32,000 bases of DNA from Wolbachia endosymbiont of Onchocerca ochengi (GTDB lineage: Bacteria > Pseudomonadota > Alphaproteobacteria > Rickettsiales > Anaplasmataceae), in contig NC_018267.1 in NCBI RefSeq assembly GCF_000306885.1, positions 630,001 to 662,000 on the forward strand. Reading direction: 5' to 3'. Under the pieces are notes generated by a model. It was not told the origin of the DNA, did not search any database, and saw only the letters and a list, made by a program, of their open reading frames with translations. A program made the position numbers and the translations under genes. Below are positions 11,807 through 21,658 of the stretch, piece after piece. Numbering within the stretch: the first letter of the stretch is position 1; each line of letters begins with the position of its first letter.

Positions 11807-12084
11807 CAACAGGTTGTAGCTAGTACTACTGTATCTTGGAAAAGGTTATATTAAATTTAATTGAGAAATATAGGTATTTTATAAAAGCTTGCAATAGAAA
11901 TTTTATACAGCTGATACCATAGAGATAGCTGTATTATGAATGTATAAAAAGTTATAGAAATTAATATATTATGGTAAAGCCTTATGGCAGGATATAGTTT
12001 ATTTATATAAAAAATAGTATTAGCAATATCAATGATGGTAATGATAAGAAACGTACTGATTCTATAAATTAGAAAATATAGCAA

Positions 12085-12870
12085 AAGATAAAACATTGGA
12101 GGCTAATGCGGAAATATATTCAGAAAAATTTGATAAACAAAATTAGAGTACCGAAACAGCAAGTACTAAAATATGACAAGGGTAGAAGACGTTTATCTAT
12201 ACGCTTTCCATATTAGAGTAAAAGTGTTTTATTCAATTGATATTGAAGATCTGCTTCTTGGACTAAAAATTCTAAGAGAAAACAGCTATTTTAATTAAAA
12301 GTAAGTACAAAGGAAGCATAATCTCATAGAAAAGTACACAAAGCAATTCTTGAACTAATCAAATTTATCTAAGCTGAAGAGAAAAGTAATGCAGAAGCAG
12401 CGAGAATAAAAATAACAGAGATCTTACTTAAAGCAGGATTTTCTGCTAATATTATTTATCAAGCAACTGACTTATTAGCCGATGAATAGGTAATTAAAGA
12501 GAAAAAAGTGTATGTAAGATCTTATGTATAAACTATAGGACAAAAGATAAGGGATAAGAAGTATGTTCAGGCAAATTTAGCAAGCAAGGCCAGAGTGTTA
12601 TAACAGCAAATATCAAGATATAAAAAAGTTACCAATCTTTTGCGAATTGCAAATTAGATGCTATAGCAAAGAAACTATTAACGATAGTTGAAGTTATAAT
12701 ATTTAATGTAAAAGAAAATCGTTAAAAGTTGGAGATCGTAAAACAGAAAAAGAGCTATTAAGTTTAATAGAGCATGCGAGAGTGCAAAAAATTAGTAACC
12801 AAGACTCACAAAATGAATTAGATGTGTTGATATAGTTTTTTTATTCAAAAGAATGTAGATTCACAAAGAA
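12085..12870 (+). pseudogene. Degraded tandem helix-turn-helix (XRE-like) transcriptional regulator, resembling Wolbachia/prophage WO regulators
   Basis: One frame from 12373: AEEKSNAEAARIKITEILLKAGFSANIIYQATDLLADE* VIKEKKVYVRSYV* TIGQKIRDKKYVQANLASKARVL* QQISRYKKVTNLLRIAN*. A remnant of a first unit (DIEDLLLGLKILREN) lies upstream. After frame changes follow KLDAIAKKLL and ELLSLIEHARVQKIS. Confidence 0.7.
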
Positions 12871-13093
12871 AAGGTTAACAAAGTAAAAATTAAATTATTA
12901 GTGACTTACTCATATTAGGTATTTCTGTTGATATTATATTCTAAGTAACTATAGCTTATTAATTGATGAAATTATGTGATCTAAAAATTATGTTACTTAA
13001 CTGTAAAAAAAGTAAAGCTTAGTATAGTTTAATCACAAGATAAACTAGTAAATCTTTTGAAAAATATATAAAGTTAGAGTTTAAGTAAAGAGT

Positions 13094-13975
13094 ATGGCAG
13101 TCAGACTCGTTTCAGGTAACTTCGATATCGAATTTAGCAAATACAGAAAGTTAACTATACTAATTAGTATTATTCTGGTTATTTTTTCAATATTTACTGT
13201 CATGTTACGTGGAGTGAATTTAGGCATAGATTTTACAGGAGGAATTTTGATAGAGATAAAGTCTTTAAATGAAGATCATGTTATTCTTAATGTATTAAAA
13301 GAAAACAGTTTTATGGTGCAGAGTTCAAAAGCAGGTGATAATTTAGTTATGCGCTTTAAAAAAGAAGGAAGTGAAGATAAAATCAAGAAGATAAAAAGTA
13401 TACTAGAAGAAAAGCTAGGTAGTTCGATAAGCTATCGTAAAGTAGACTATGTTGGTCCACAAATAGGCTCATCACAGGTGTTTGAAGGAATATTATCAAT
13501 GTTAGTTGCAATTGTTGGAATATTTTTTTACGTCTGGCTTAGATTTAACTGGCAATGTGGGTTTGGTGGAATAATAGCACTTGTTCATGACATAATTTTA
13601 ACTGTTGGTTTTATTAGCCTGACTGGCATTGAGTTTAATACTTCATCAATCGCAGCTCTTCTTACTATAATTGGTTATTCAATCAATAATTCAGTAATTA
13701 TGTATGATCGAATTCGAGAATATCAAAAAAATGGTGAAGAGAGGAATATAAGTAAAATAGTAGATGCAAGTATTAACGCTACATTATTTCGTACTGTTTT
13801 AACCTCAGGTACAACTTTACTTGCTGCTCTTCCTTTGATGTTGATTTGTACAGGTATAGTCAGAGACTTCAGCTTGATCATCTTCTTTGGCATTTTAATT
13901 GGCACTTGCTCTGCAATATTTATTTCTGCTCCTATATTAACCTGCAGAGTTTTAATAAGGAGATTCACAATATAA
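13094..13975 (+). CDS. secF: Protein translocase subunit SecF
   Basis: 293 aa; [85 protein letters not shown]. Confidence 0.96.
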   Translation: MAVRLVSGNFDIEFSKYRKLTILISIILVIFSIFTVMLRGVNLGIDFTGGILIEIKSLNEDHVILNVLKENSFMVQSSKAGDNLVMRFKKEGSEDKIKKIKSILEEKLGSSISYRKVDYVGPQIGSSQVFEGILSMLVAIVGIFFYVWLRFNWQCGFGGIIALVHDIILTVGFISLTGIEFNTSSIAALLTIIGYSINNSVIMYDRIREYQKNGEERNISKIVDASINATLFRTVLTSGTTLLAALPLMLICTGIVRDFSLIIFFGILIGTCSAIFISAPILTCRVLIRRFTI

Positions 13976-14431
13976 TATGCATAATATTAGCTTATTCTCT
14001 CTTACAGAGAAACAAAAATACCTCAAAATCCTATTTTCATTTAAGATACTTAAACCATTCTAGCTCTTACTTGACCTTTTACAGCTTCATGCATTTTTAA
14101 ATTTTGAATATTTTGTAAGTTAAGGTAAGCATAAGTGTATTTTTTTAGATAGAACAATTTATTTTGAATCTTTTCTTTATATGGTGAAAAAGTACTGAGA
14201 AATCTATTTTTTAATCTACTCCTTTATAAATATAAGCATTCTAGTGATAACTATTATTAGTAGTTAAATAAATGGGTTTTTTACTGTGTTTATATTGTTA
14301 AAATGTGAAGCTATTATAATAGATAGTAATAAAAGATTAGTGTTAAAAGTTATTATTAAAAATAGGCAAACTTTATTGTTTCAGTACAATATTTAATATA
14401 CACTTTAAGGAAGTATATTTAGCTCAAATTT

Positions 14432-16150
14432 ATGTCAGAAGCAAGAAATCTAATTTTGGCAGCTATCCTTTCTGTATCAATTATAGTATCGTGGTGTGTT
14501 ATTTACGATAATTTTCTTAATGTAGATCAAAATAACCAATCAATTGAAAATATTGAACATATAGAATCTTTTAATGATCTTGCTTCTATGATACACCAAA
14601 ATCGTTCCGAAATTATTAATTCTACTCAAGGACAAAGGATTAACCTAACCAATAATATGGTTAAAGGGTCGGTTTCCTTAAAAGGTGTCAGGTTTGATGA
14701 CTTAATCTTAACCAATTACTACTTAGAACTAAATTCTCCTTCTTCACAGGTGGTATTGCTGTCACCTGCAGAATCAAAAGATGTATATTTTGCAGAATTT
14801 GGTTGGCTCGATCCAAGTGGCAAAATTAAAATTCCAGATTCTAAAACAATTTGGCAAACTGATAAAGCTGAACTAACTAATCGGAAAATAGTTAATTTGT
14901 TTTGGGATAATAAAAATGGCATCGTATTCAGAACAAAAGTTAGCCTTGATGACAGCTACATGTTTAAGATTGAGCAAATTGTTGAAAATAATACAAAGGA
15001 CAATGTAATCTTAGTTCCTTATGGTAAAATTAATCGTAAACGTGATAATATTAACGAATCTTATTGGATATCGCATGAAGGAGTACTAGGTACGTTTGAT
15101 AATAAGCTAGAGGAATGGACATATAAGGATATTGCCAAGAAACGTTTAATAAAAACAAGTACAAGTGAAAAAAGTTGGTTTGGTTTTGCTGATAAATATT
15201 GGCTTACAGCCATTATACCTGAGAAACCTGACAAAATAAACGTTAGTATCAAACATATAAATGTTAATAACATTGATAAATTTCAAGTAGATTTTGTCAA
15301 GCCTTACAAGAGCATATTTCCTGGTACAAGTGTTTCTAATGTAAATTATTTTTTTGCTGGAGCAAAAAAATTGAATCTATTAGATTATTATAAAAGTGCT
15401 CTCAATATACCTTTGTTTGACAAAGCTGTAGATTTTGGTGTCCTTTACTTCGTAACCAAGCCAGTATTTTTACTGCTTGAATATTTTAACTTAATCTTAA
15501 AAAATTTTGGCTTAGCAATATTGGTGCTAACCTTAGTAATAAAACTTTTGATGCTTCCTTTGTCTAACAGGTCATATGTTTCAATGTTTAAAATAAGAAG
15601 TCTGCAGCCTGAAGTGAATCGCATAAAAGAATTATATAAAAACGATAGTTTAAAGCAGCATAAAGAGGTAGTTGCACTGTTCAAAAAAAACAACGTTAAC
15701 CCAATGTCAAGCATTCTTCCTATAATAGTACAAATACCAGTATTTTTTGCTCTGTACAAAGTATTATTTGTTACCATAGAGATGAGGCATGCTCCTTTTT
15801 ATTTATGGATCAAGGACCTTTCAGCTCCTGATCCGACAAACATCTTCACACTATTCGGATTGTTTAATTACAATTTTCCTGTTTCTATAGGAATTTTACC
15901 AGTAATTTTAGGCATTACTATGGTAGTTCAGCAAAAAATCAGTGAAAAAGATCAGAATAATAAAGATGACATTCAAGTAAATATCGTGAGGTTTTTACCT
16001 TATATCTCCATCTTTATTTTTTCTTCTTTTCCTACAGGCTTAGTAATATATTGGATATTTAGCAACATTATAACTTTAATTCAACAATCTTTAATGAAAT
16101 TCTTCTTAACGAGAAAAGTGGGTGTAAATATTGAAAATACTAATAGTTAA
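14432..16150 (+). CDS. yidC: Membrane protein insertase YidC
   Basis: 572 aa; N-terminal TM, large periplasmic domain, C-terminal 60KD_IMP core '[62 protein letters not shown]'. Confidence 0.96.
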   Translation: MSEARNLILAAILSVSIIVSWCVIYDNFLNVDQNNQSIENIEHIESFNDLASMIHQNRSEIINSTQGQRINLTNNMVKGSVSLKGVRFDDLILTNYYLELNSPSSQVVLLSPAESKDVYFAEFGWLDPSGKIKIPDSKTIWQTDKAELTNRKIVNLFWDNKNGIVFRTKVSLDDSYMFKIEQIVENNTKDNVILVPYGKINRKRDNINESYWISHEGVLGTFDNKLEEWTYKDIAKKRLIKTSTSEKSWFGFADKYWLTAIIPEKPDKINVSIKHINVNNIDKFQVDFVKPYKSIFPGTSVSNVNYFFAGAKKLNLLDYYKSALNIPLFDKAVDFGVLYFVTKPVFLLLEYFNLILKNFGLAILVLTLVIKLLMLPLSNRSYVSMFKIRSLQPEVNRIKELYKNDSLKQHKEVVALFKKNNVNPMSSILPIIVQIPVFFALYKVLFVTIEMRHAPFYLWIKDLSAPDPTNIFTLFGLFNYNFPVSIGILPVILGITMVVQQKISEKDQNNKDDIQVNIVRFLPYISIFIFSSFPTGLVIYWIFSNIITLIQQSLMKFFLTRKVGVNIENTNS

Positions 16151-16558
16151 TTCAGTTTATTATGATAAAATAGCAGATTTTTTGCTTAAAGGTACGACTG
16201 ATAAGTTGAAAGATGGTAATACTAGTTATGACCTAGTTAAGGTTCTTGGTGTATTTGAAATGCTGGCTGCAATTCTTTTTGCGGTCAAAAATAGGCATAT
16301 TAATATGAAGGTTATTTAGTTTTTGGATACGTAATTTGTGGTGAAACTGATTATTATCAATACCTTTGTAAAGGAGAAATCGGAGGATGAAATGGAGTTA
16401 TTATTATGTATTATGCAGTACCTTTTGGCATGGGCATAATTACTGTTGATAGCAAAGATAAAGCTTTAGTAAGAACTGGTAAAAACAAAAAGAATATAGG
16501 TGATTATGCAACCTTGACTGTTTTGTATATGATAGATTTATACAAAAAGTTAAGCTAA
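16131..16558 (+). pseudogene. ribH: 6,7-dimethyl-8-ribityllumazine synthase (RibH), inactivated
   Basis: Fragment 1 (16131-16319): [26 protein letters not shown]...YDLVKVLGVFEMLAAILFAVKNRHINMKVI*. Fragment 2, in another frame (about 16325-16558): [76 protein letters not shown], with in-frame TGA at 16388-16390. Position upstream of nusB is typical. Confidence 0.88.
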
Positions 16559-17040
16559 TGGAGGAAAGGCTTGTAGAAAGAAAGTGGTGTATGAAGAGAA
16601 GTACAGCGAGATTTTTTACTATACAAATTGCTTACTCAAATATTTTTATAGACTACGACAAAAGTACCTTTAAGCTAGAAAACTGTGAGCTTAGGAGCTA
16701 TGTAAATAAGTTAGTAGATATATTTGAATGTCAAGAGTTTGATTATCAATTTTTAGAAGAGCTATCATATAAAGTTATAAGAAACAGTGAAGAGTATGAT
16801 AAAATAATAGAACTTTATTTACACCCAAGCTGGTCTATTGCGCGGTTGAATCTCATAAGCTTATCTATTTTGCGTGTTGCAATATGTGAGTTAACTAATT
16901 GTGATACGCCGGCTCCAGTTGTTATTAATGAATATACTAATATCGCATCTGATTTGCTTAATAAATCAAGCGAAATTGGTTTCATTAATGGATTATTAGA
17001 TAAAGCGAAAGATGCAGTTAAGCTAAATAAGTGTTCTTAA
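16558..17040 (+). CDS. nusB: Transcription antitermination factor NusB
   Basis: 160 aa; [18 protein letters not shown]...[43 protein letters not shown]...GFINGLLDK. Confidence 0.93.
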   Translation: MEERLVERKWCMKRSTARFFTIQIAYSNIFIDYDKSTFKLENCELRSYVNKLVDIFECQEFDYQFLEELSYKVIRNSEEYDKIIELYLHPSWSIARLNLISLSILRVAICELTNCDTPAPVVINEYTNIASDLLNKSSEIGFINGLLDKAKDAVKLNKCS

Positions 17041-17154
17041 TAATTCTCTTAACGGTATTAGCATGGAAGAATAAAAGAAGTTAGTGAAAAAGGTCTTTTA
17101 TCTTCTTTAAGATCTATGGTAGACTGACAAAGATTATTAACTATAGTATAATAA

Positions 17155-17418
17155 ATGATAAAAGACGAAAAGTCGAAAACAATTTTTGAGGTAGAAGGAA
17201 TAGTGACTGTCTTATTACCTGCGGCAGAATTTAGAGTAAAGTTAGATAATGAACATGAAATCATCTGTCATGTGTCAGGAAGAGTAAGAAGAAGCAAAAT
17301 ACGCATTGTTATCGGAGATAGGGTGCTAGTTGAAATGAGTATTTACGATAGGAATGCAAAGAAAGGTCGGATAATTAGAAGGCTTAAAGGTATAAGTGAA
17401 AGAACTATCTCTAAATAG
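17155..17418 (+). CDS. infA: Translation initiation factor IF-1
   Basis: 87 aa; [68 protein letters not shown]. Confidence 0.96.
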   Translation: MIKDEKSKTIFEVEGIVTVLLPAAEFRVKLDNEHEIICHVSGRVRRSKIRIVIGDRVLVEMSIYDRNAKKGRIIRRLKGISERTISK

Positions 17419-17992
17419 TCTTATTCTTGCCTCATCATCAGAAGGGCGAATAGCTTTACTAAAACAAATAAATATTAAACCAGGCTTAATTTTGTCAGCA
17501 GATATAGACAAAACTCCTTCGAAGAAAGAACTTCCAAGAGATTATTCAATCCGCATGGCAAAAAGTAAAGCTGAAAAGATACAAAGTTTAAATCCAAGTT
17601 ATTTTGTGCTTGGTGTTGATACGGTTGTTGCCTGTGGCAGGAGAATATTGCTCAAAGCCGAAAACGTTGAACAAGCAGAAAAATACATTCGTTTATTGTC
17701 GGGAAGAAGACACAGAGTATATACCAGTGTGTGTTTATTAACCCCTAATCGATTTAAACAGCATATTAGAACTGTAGTTACAATAGTGAAATTTAAACGT
17801 CTCAGTGTACAAGAAATTAAATTTTATTTAGCATCAGAAGAGTGGAAAAATAAAGTAGGAGGGTGCAATATACAAGGCCTTGCTGAAATGTTCGTATTGT
17901 TTTTACGTGGCTCATACTCTTCTGTTATAGGGCTACCATTACATGAAACTTATTGTTTACTAAGTAATTATTTTAACCTCAACTTATATTGA
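17396..17992 (+). CDS. maf: Maf-like nucleotide pyrophosphatase
   Basis: 198 aa; [78 protein letters not shown]. Overlaps infA by 23 nt. Confidence 0.93.
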   Translation: MKELSLNSLILASSSEGRIALLKQINIKPGLILSADIDKTPSKKELPRDYSIRMAKSKAEKIQSLNPSYFVLGVDTVVACGRRILLKAENVEQAEKYIRLLSGRRHRVYTSVCLLTPNRFKQHIRTVVTIVKFKRLSVQEIKFYLASEEWKNKVGGCNIQGLAEMFVLFLRGSYSSVIGLPLHETYCLLSNYFNLNLY

Positions 17993-18199
17993 TACACTTT
18001 TATCTTTTTCTTGTTGCTGCTTGAGACGTTTAATCCAAGGCAATCTGGTTTACAATTCTATGCATAATCACTACTATCAGCATTTTCTACTATACGTTTT
18101 ACCACTGTGATTTTTATATCTTTTCCACGTTCTCCTGATAATTTGCCTTTCTTTTGAAGACTTAACCTTTCTTTCTTCCTCAAGCTTGTTAGTTAAATG

Positions 18200-19000
18200 T
18201 TCATGGTCTACTTGAGATTATACATGATTGATTATTGTGGATTGGAAATGAATAGCTTGGATTTACTTTGTCAGCATTTCTTCTTTTTTCCTTCTATTTT
18301 TTAAATGCTTTACTTATTTTTTGAAGATTCTTCTCTTTTTTCTCAAATTCTTTATTTCTTTTATAAGAACTTTTCTATAATTGAGCTTTATTATTTTGCC
18401 TAATATCTACATTTTCCTCGGTAGTAACGAAGATATCGATTCTACTACTATCGCTATAGAAGGCACACTATGTGCGTGCGCTTTTCTACACCTAAATCAT
18501 TTCTACTGTTTGGTGTTGAAGCAGAAATATCAATAGTTGATCTGCCGTTTTTTATATTTGTTAAACTGTCATTTTGTCGCTTTTTTTGATTGATACTTTC
18601 CTATTACTAACATCAACATGCCGTAAATCATTTTTTATTAAAATTTTTAATATTTTGCCATAAACCTTTCCTTTCTCCTAATTTCCGGAGCTCAGGTGTT
18701 AAATTTTTTTGCTTATTTCTTTATTCACCTCTGAGTGAACTAGTTCTTAGGTAGCTATGGTAGAGGAGTTTCTTTTTTCTGAGAGTTTTTTCCGTCACTT
18801 AAATCATTTTCACTAATAGACTGTAATCTAGTGGTCTGAAAACCTAAACCTTCAGTCTCGAGCAGCTTGAACAATACTAACACAGTTATTATTTATATTA
18901 TTTCTATAAAAGCTTTAGATGATTGTCTACTGTCTTGTTTTATTTCATTTTGCTTTTCTTCATCTTTCTTGAATTGATTTTATGTAAGAATAAACCACCT
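18200..19000 (-). pseudogene. Decayed minus-strand coding remnant(s) of unknown identity
   Basis: Hand-translated segments: LETEGLGFQTTRLQSISENDLSDGKNSQKKETPLP*; TPELRKLEKGKVYGKILKILIKNDLRHVDVSNRKVSIKKSDKMTV*; DSLTNIKNGRSTIDISASTPNSRNDLGVEKRTHIVCLL*; SDSSRIDIFVTTEENVDIRQNNKAQL*. Approximate coordinates. Confidence 0.45.
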
Positions 19001-19125
19001 ATTTTTAGATCTCTGTTTACCTTTGACTGCTACCTTTTAGTTCTTAGCTAGTATAATTATTACGGTAATTAGTTAAGTTTTTATAAAAGGATTGTGCTGC
19101 TTAGGTGGTGACTGCTGCATTTTAG

Positions 19126-20457
19126 TTATGCTTGTAATTTTAAATATCTGTTACTCATAGTAAATACTTCTGGGTTTCTAGAAGTTAGTTTGAGTATAGT
19201 AAGTATGTTAATAAACAATAAAGCAGCAATCGAAATATCAGCAATATCCCAAAGTAATTGAACTCTATTTATTGCACCAACCGGAATAATCACAGTAAAA
19301 ATTACAATCCAGATTTTAATATATTTATCATTCATAGATACGTAGCGTATTGTTTGTTTTGAACAAAAAAACCAAGTAAAAATAGTAGTAAAAGCGAAAC
19401 AAAACATTATGACCATGATTAAATAATCAATATAAGGCCAACTCATAGCTCTTTTAAAAGCAAATATACACATATTAGTACTCTCTAAATCAGTGACCCA
19501 AGAATCTGTAACAAGTAGTACCATTGCTGTAACAAACACTATAAATGCAACTATAAAAGGTGATATTATTGTAATCAGACTCTGTTCAATGATAAATTTA
19601 TTGCTATTTTTTTTAGGAACAATTGAAGAATGTACAGTACCTTCAAGGCCAAGTCCTATATCTGTTGCAAAAATACCACGTAAAGTTCCTACTCGAATAA
19701 TGGTTAACACTTCCAAAATTAAGCCTAGAGATAAACCAGAGTTGAAACTACTAGTTGTAAGGAAACTGCTTGTTATTAGTTTCAAAGAAGGGAGAATATT
19801 TTTGCTAAACTTAAATAATATAATACCACAAAGTGTGAGATAACTTACCGTCATTATCGGTATCATAGCCGATATAAAAATTTTGATTTTTTTTAAATTA
19901 AAAGCTGCAACAGCAAAAAATATTATAGCTATTATGACCCCACCAACAACCATAGGAACATCTATTATGCTAAGCGGTATTGATAGAGAATTTACTTGAA
20001 CAAGGTTACCAACAGTTATGGAAGTCATTATCATAATGGCTAGGAACATAGCTGTAGCTTTCTTAGAGTTAAATGCATCAGCCACACAAGATATAGGACC
20101 ACCTATAAACTTTCCATTTTTTTTCTTTCTGGTCTTCATACTCAGATAACAAGTAACATATTTTATTACAGAAGTGATGACAATAATTATTGTCATCCAT
20201 AAAATGGAGCCAGGTCCACCGGTTTTTAGAGCAACGGCAGTTCCTGAAATATTTCCTACTCCTAAATTTCCCCCTAAAGTTGTAAATAGGGCAGCTATAG
20301 AAGAAAACTTATTTTCTCTTCTTTTGATTCCAATGAGTGAAAGCGCGTATGGTAATCTAAATATTTGTAACCATTTTAGTCTAACCGATAAGTAAATACT
20401 GGTAATTAATATCAGTAATATTGTCAGCATTAATAAAACAAATTTTATTGTATCCAT
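19126..20457 (-). CDS. Sodium:alanine/glycine symporter (AGCS) family protein
   Basis: 443 aa multi-TM protein; LGGNLGVGNISGTAVALKTGGPGSILWM near the N-terminus, 'GGPISCVADAF', and ATDIGLGLEGTVHSS. Confidence 0.88.
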   Translation of the reverse strand: MDTIKFVLLMLTILLILITSIYLSVRLKWLQIFRLPYALSLIGIKRRENKFSSIAALFTTLGGNLGVGNISGTAVALKTGGPGSILWMTIIIVITSVIKYVTCYLSMKTRKKKNGKFIGGPISCVADAFNSKKATAMFLAIMIMTSITVGNLVQVNSLSIPLSIIDVPMVVGGVIIAIIFFAVAAFNLKKIKIFISAMIPIMTVSYLTLCGIILFKFSKNILPSLKLITSSFLTTSSFNSGLSLGLILEVLTIIRVGTLRGIFATDIGLGLEGTVHSSIVPKKNSNKFIIEQSLITIISPFIVAFIVFVTAMVLLVTDSWVTDLESTNMCIFAFKRAMSWPYIDYLIMVIMFCFAFTTIFTWFFCSKQTIRYVSMNDKYIKIWIVIFTVIIPVGAINRVQLLWDIADISIAALLFINILTILKLTSRNPEVFTMSNRYLKLQA

Positions 20458-20595
20458 CTACAGGCTGAAAATAAGTGTTTTGAGTTGAGTATACAAACAA
20501 AAGTTAAAAACACCTAAAGCTATTTCTGTAAGAGTTCATGCAATTAACAAGCTTGTTTCTATCATCTTATGGCTTCTTTAGTATAAGCTAGACAA

Positions 20596-20610
20596 CCCAG
20601 CGTGCTAGGG
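20596..20610. repeat. Short imperfect palindrome (cccagcgtgctaggg), possible remnant of a Wolbachia dispersed repeat
   Basis: cccagcgtgctaggg followed by tgacgaggaagg; CCCAG/CTAGGG can pair with one bulged A. Confidence 0.3.
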
Positions 20611-20676
20611 TGACGAGGAAGGAACGTTAGAATGATATCAATGGAGGTGCCTATTGTTTTTTTAAGGATTTAGGCT

Positions 20677-21546
20677 TTAATTAGCAAAATGAAAAATAAG
20701 ACCAGCCTCTATACCATGTGTAGTCAATAATCCACTACCTGTACTTATATCTTCTTGTTTTTCAACTCCTATTAATGAAGCTTCTTTAACATTATCATCA
20801 AGTGTCGATTTTACTCCTGAGGTACCTGGCTTTACTTCTCCTAATAAATCTACTTTTAGCTTGTAGCCTTTGCCAAAGGTACCAAAATGTCTATATCCAA
20901 CACGCATATTTACATCTTTGCTTATACGATAATCAAGACCAGCTTTTAATTGATATGCAGGTCCTATTAATGTTTTCCCGAACATCTTCATTCTTGTTAA
21001 ACCGGTTCCAGCTCCAATATAAGGGGAAAAGGAGAAACTGTTACTTTTTAAGTGATAGCAAGTATTTACCATTACAGATACATTTTCAATTTGGTCACTA
21101 TCAGCTTTAGCAGCATACATATAAGTTTTTCTGTTTGCACCTTCTCCAATTCCTTTGAAGTATAATATACTCGTCCAGCTACCTTTTTGGCTAAAATTGC
21201 CTGCCTTTACAGAAGAATATATTCCTTCTAATTCAGTTCTATAGCTACTGTTACCTAATTTCCCTTCATAACCGAATGCTATACCTCCAGCAAAGGGTGG
21301 ATTGTAGTCTTTTTTATACTCACTTAGTTTTTTATCTTTAATCTTATTGGAAATATACATCTTGTTTATAGTTATGTGTTTTCTAGGGTTATTCTCTATT
21401 TTTTTCACTTTCAGTAAACCTATGTTATTAAAAAATTGACCGTGGTATCTACTACTAAAGTAAAACCCTTCTGTTTTACTTGCAAAAGACTGTTGCGGTA
21501 ACAATAAAGCAAATACTGTAACCGCTAATGTTTTTTTGTTACTCAT
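20677..21546 (-). CDS. wspB: WSP-family outer membrane surface protein (WspB-like)
   Basis: 289 aa; signal peptide (...LLPQQSFASKTEGFYFSSRY), 'FSFSPYIGAGTGLTRM', 'YQLKAGLDYRISKDVNMRVGYRHFGTFG', C-terminal GIEAGLIFHF; position after virD4 as in other Wolbachia. Confidence 0.87.
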   Translation of the reverse strand: MSNKKTLAVTVFALLLPQQSFASKTEGFYFSSRYHGQFFNNIGLLKVKKIENNPRKHITINKMYISNKIKDKKLSEYKKDYNPPFAGGIAFGYEGKLGNSSYRTELEGIYSSVKAGNFSQKGSWTSILYFKGIGEGANRKTYMYAAKADSDQIENVSVMVNTCYHLKSNSFSFSPYIGAGTGLTRMKMFGKTLIGPAYQLKAGLDYRISKDVNMRVGYRHFGTFGKGYKLKVDLLGEVKPGTSGVKSTLDDNVKEASLIGVEKQEDISTGSGLLTTHGIEAGLIFHFAN

Positions 21547-21658
21547 TATTATTTCTCTATTTAAAATAGTTAATTTAATACTAATTAATTAAAAATGGCT
21601 TAATGTAGAAAACTTAATATAACTTATTTTTTGAGTCAGAAAATAGGTAAAGTTGGTT

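Noticed and set aside
11857-12096. 79 aa minus-strand ORF
   Set aside because: Low-complexity Ile/Tyr-rich reading of AT-rich DNA just upstream of the decayed HTH gene; no support as a gene.
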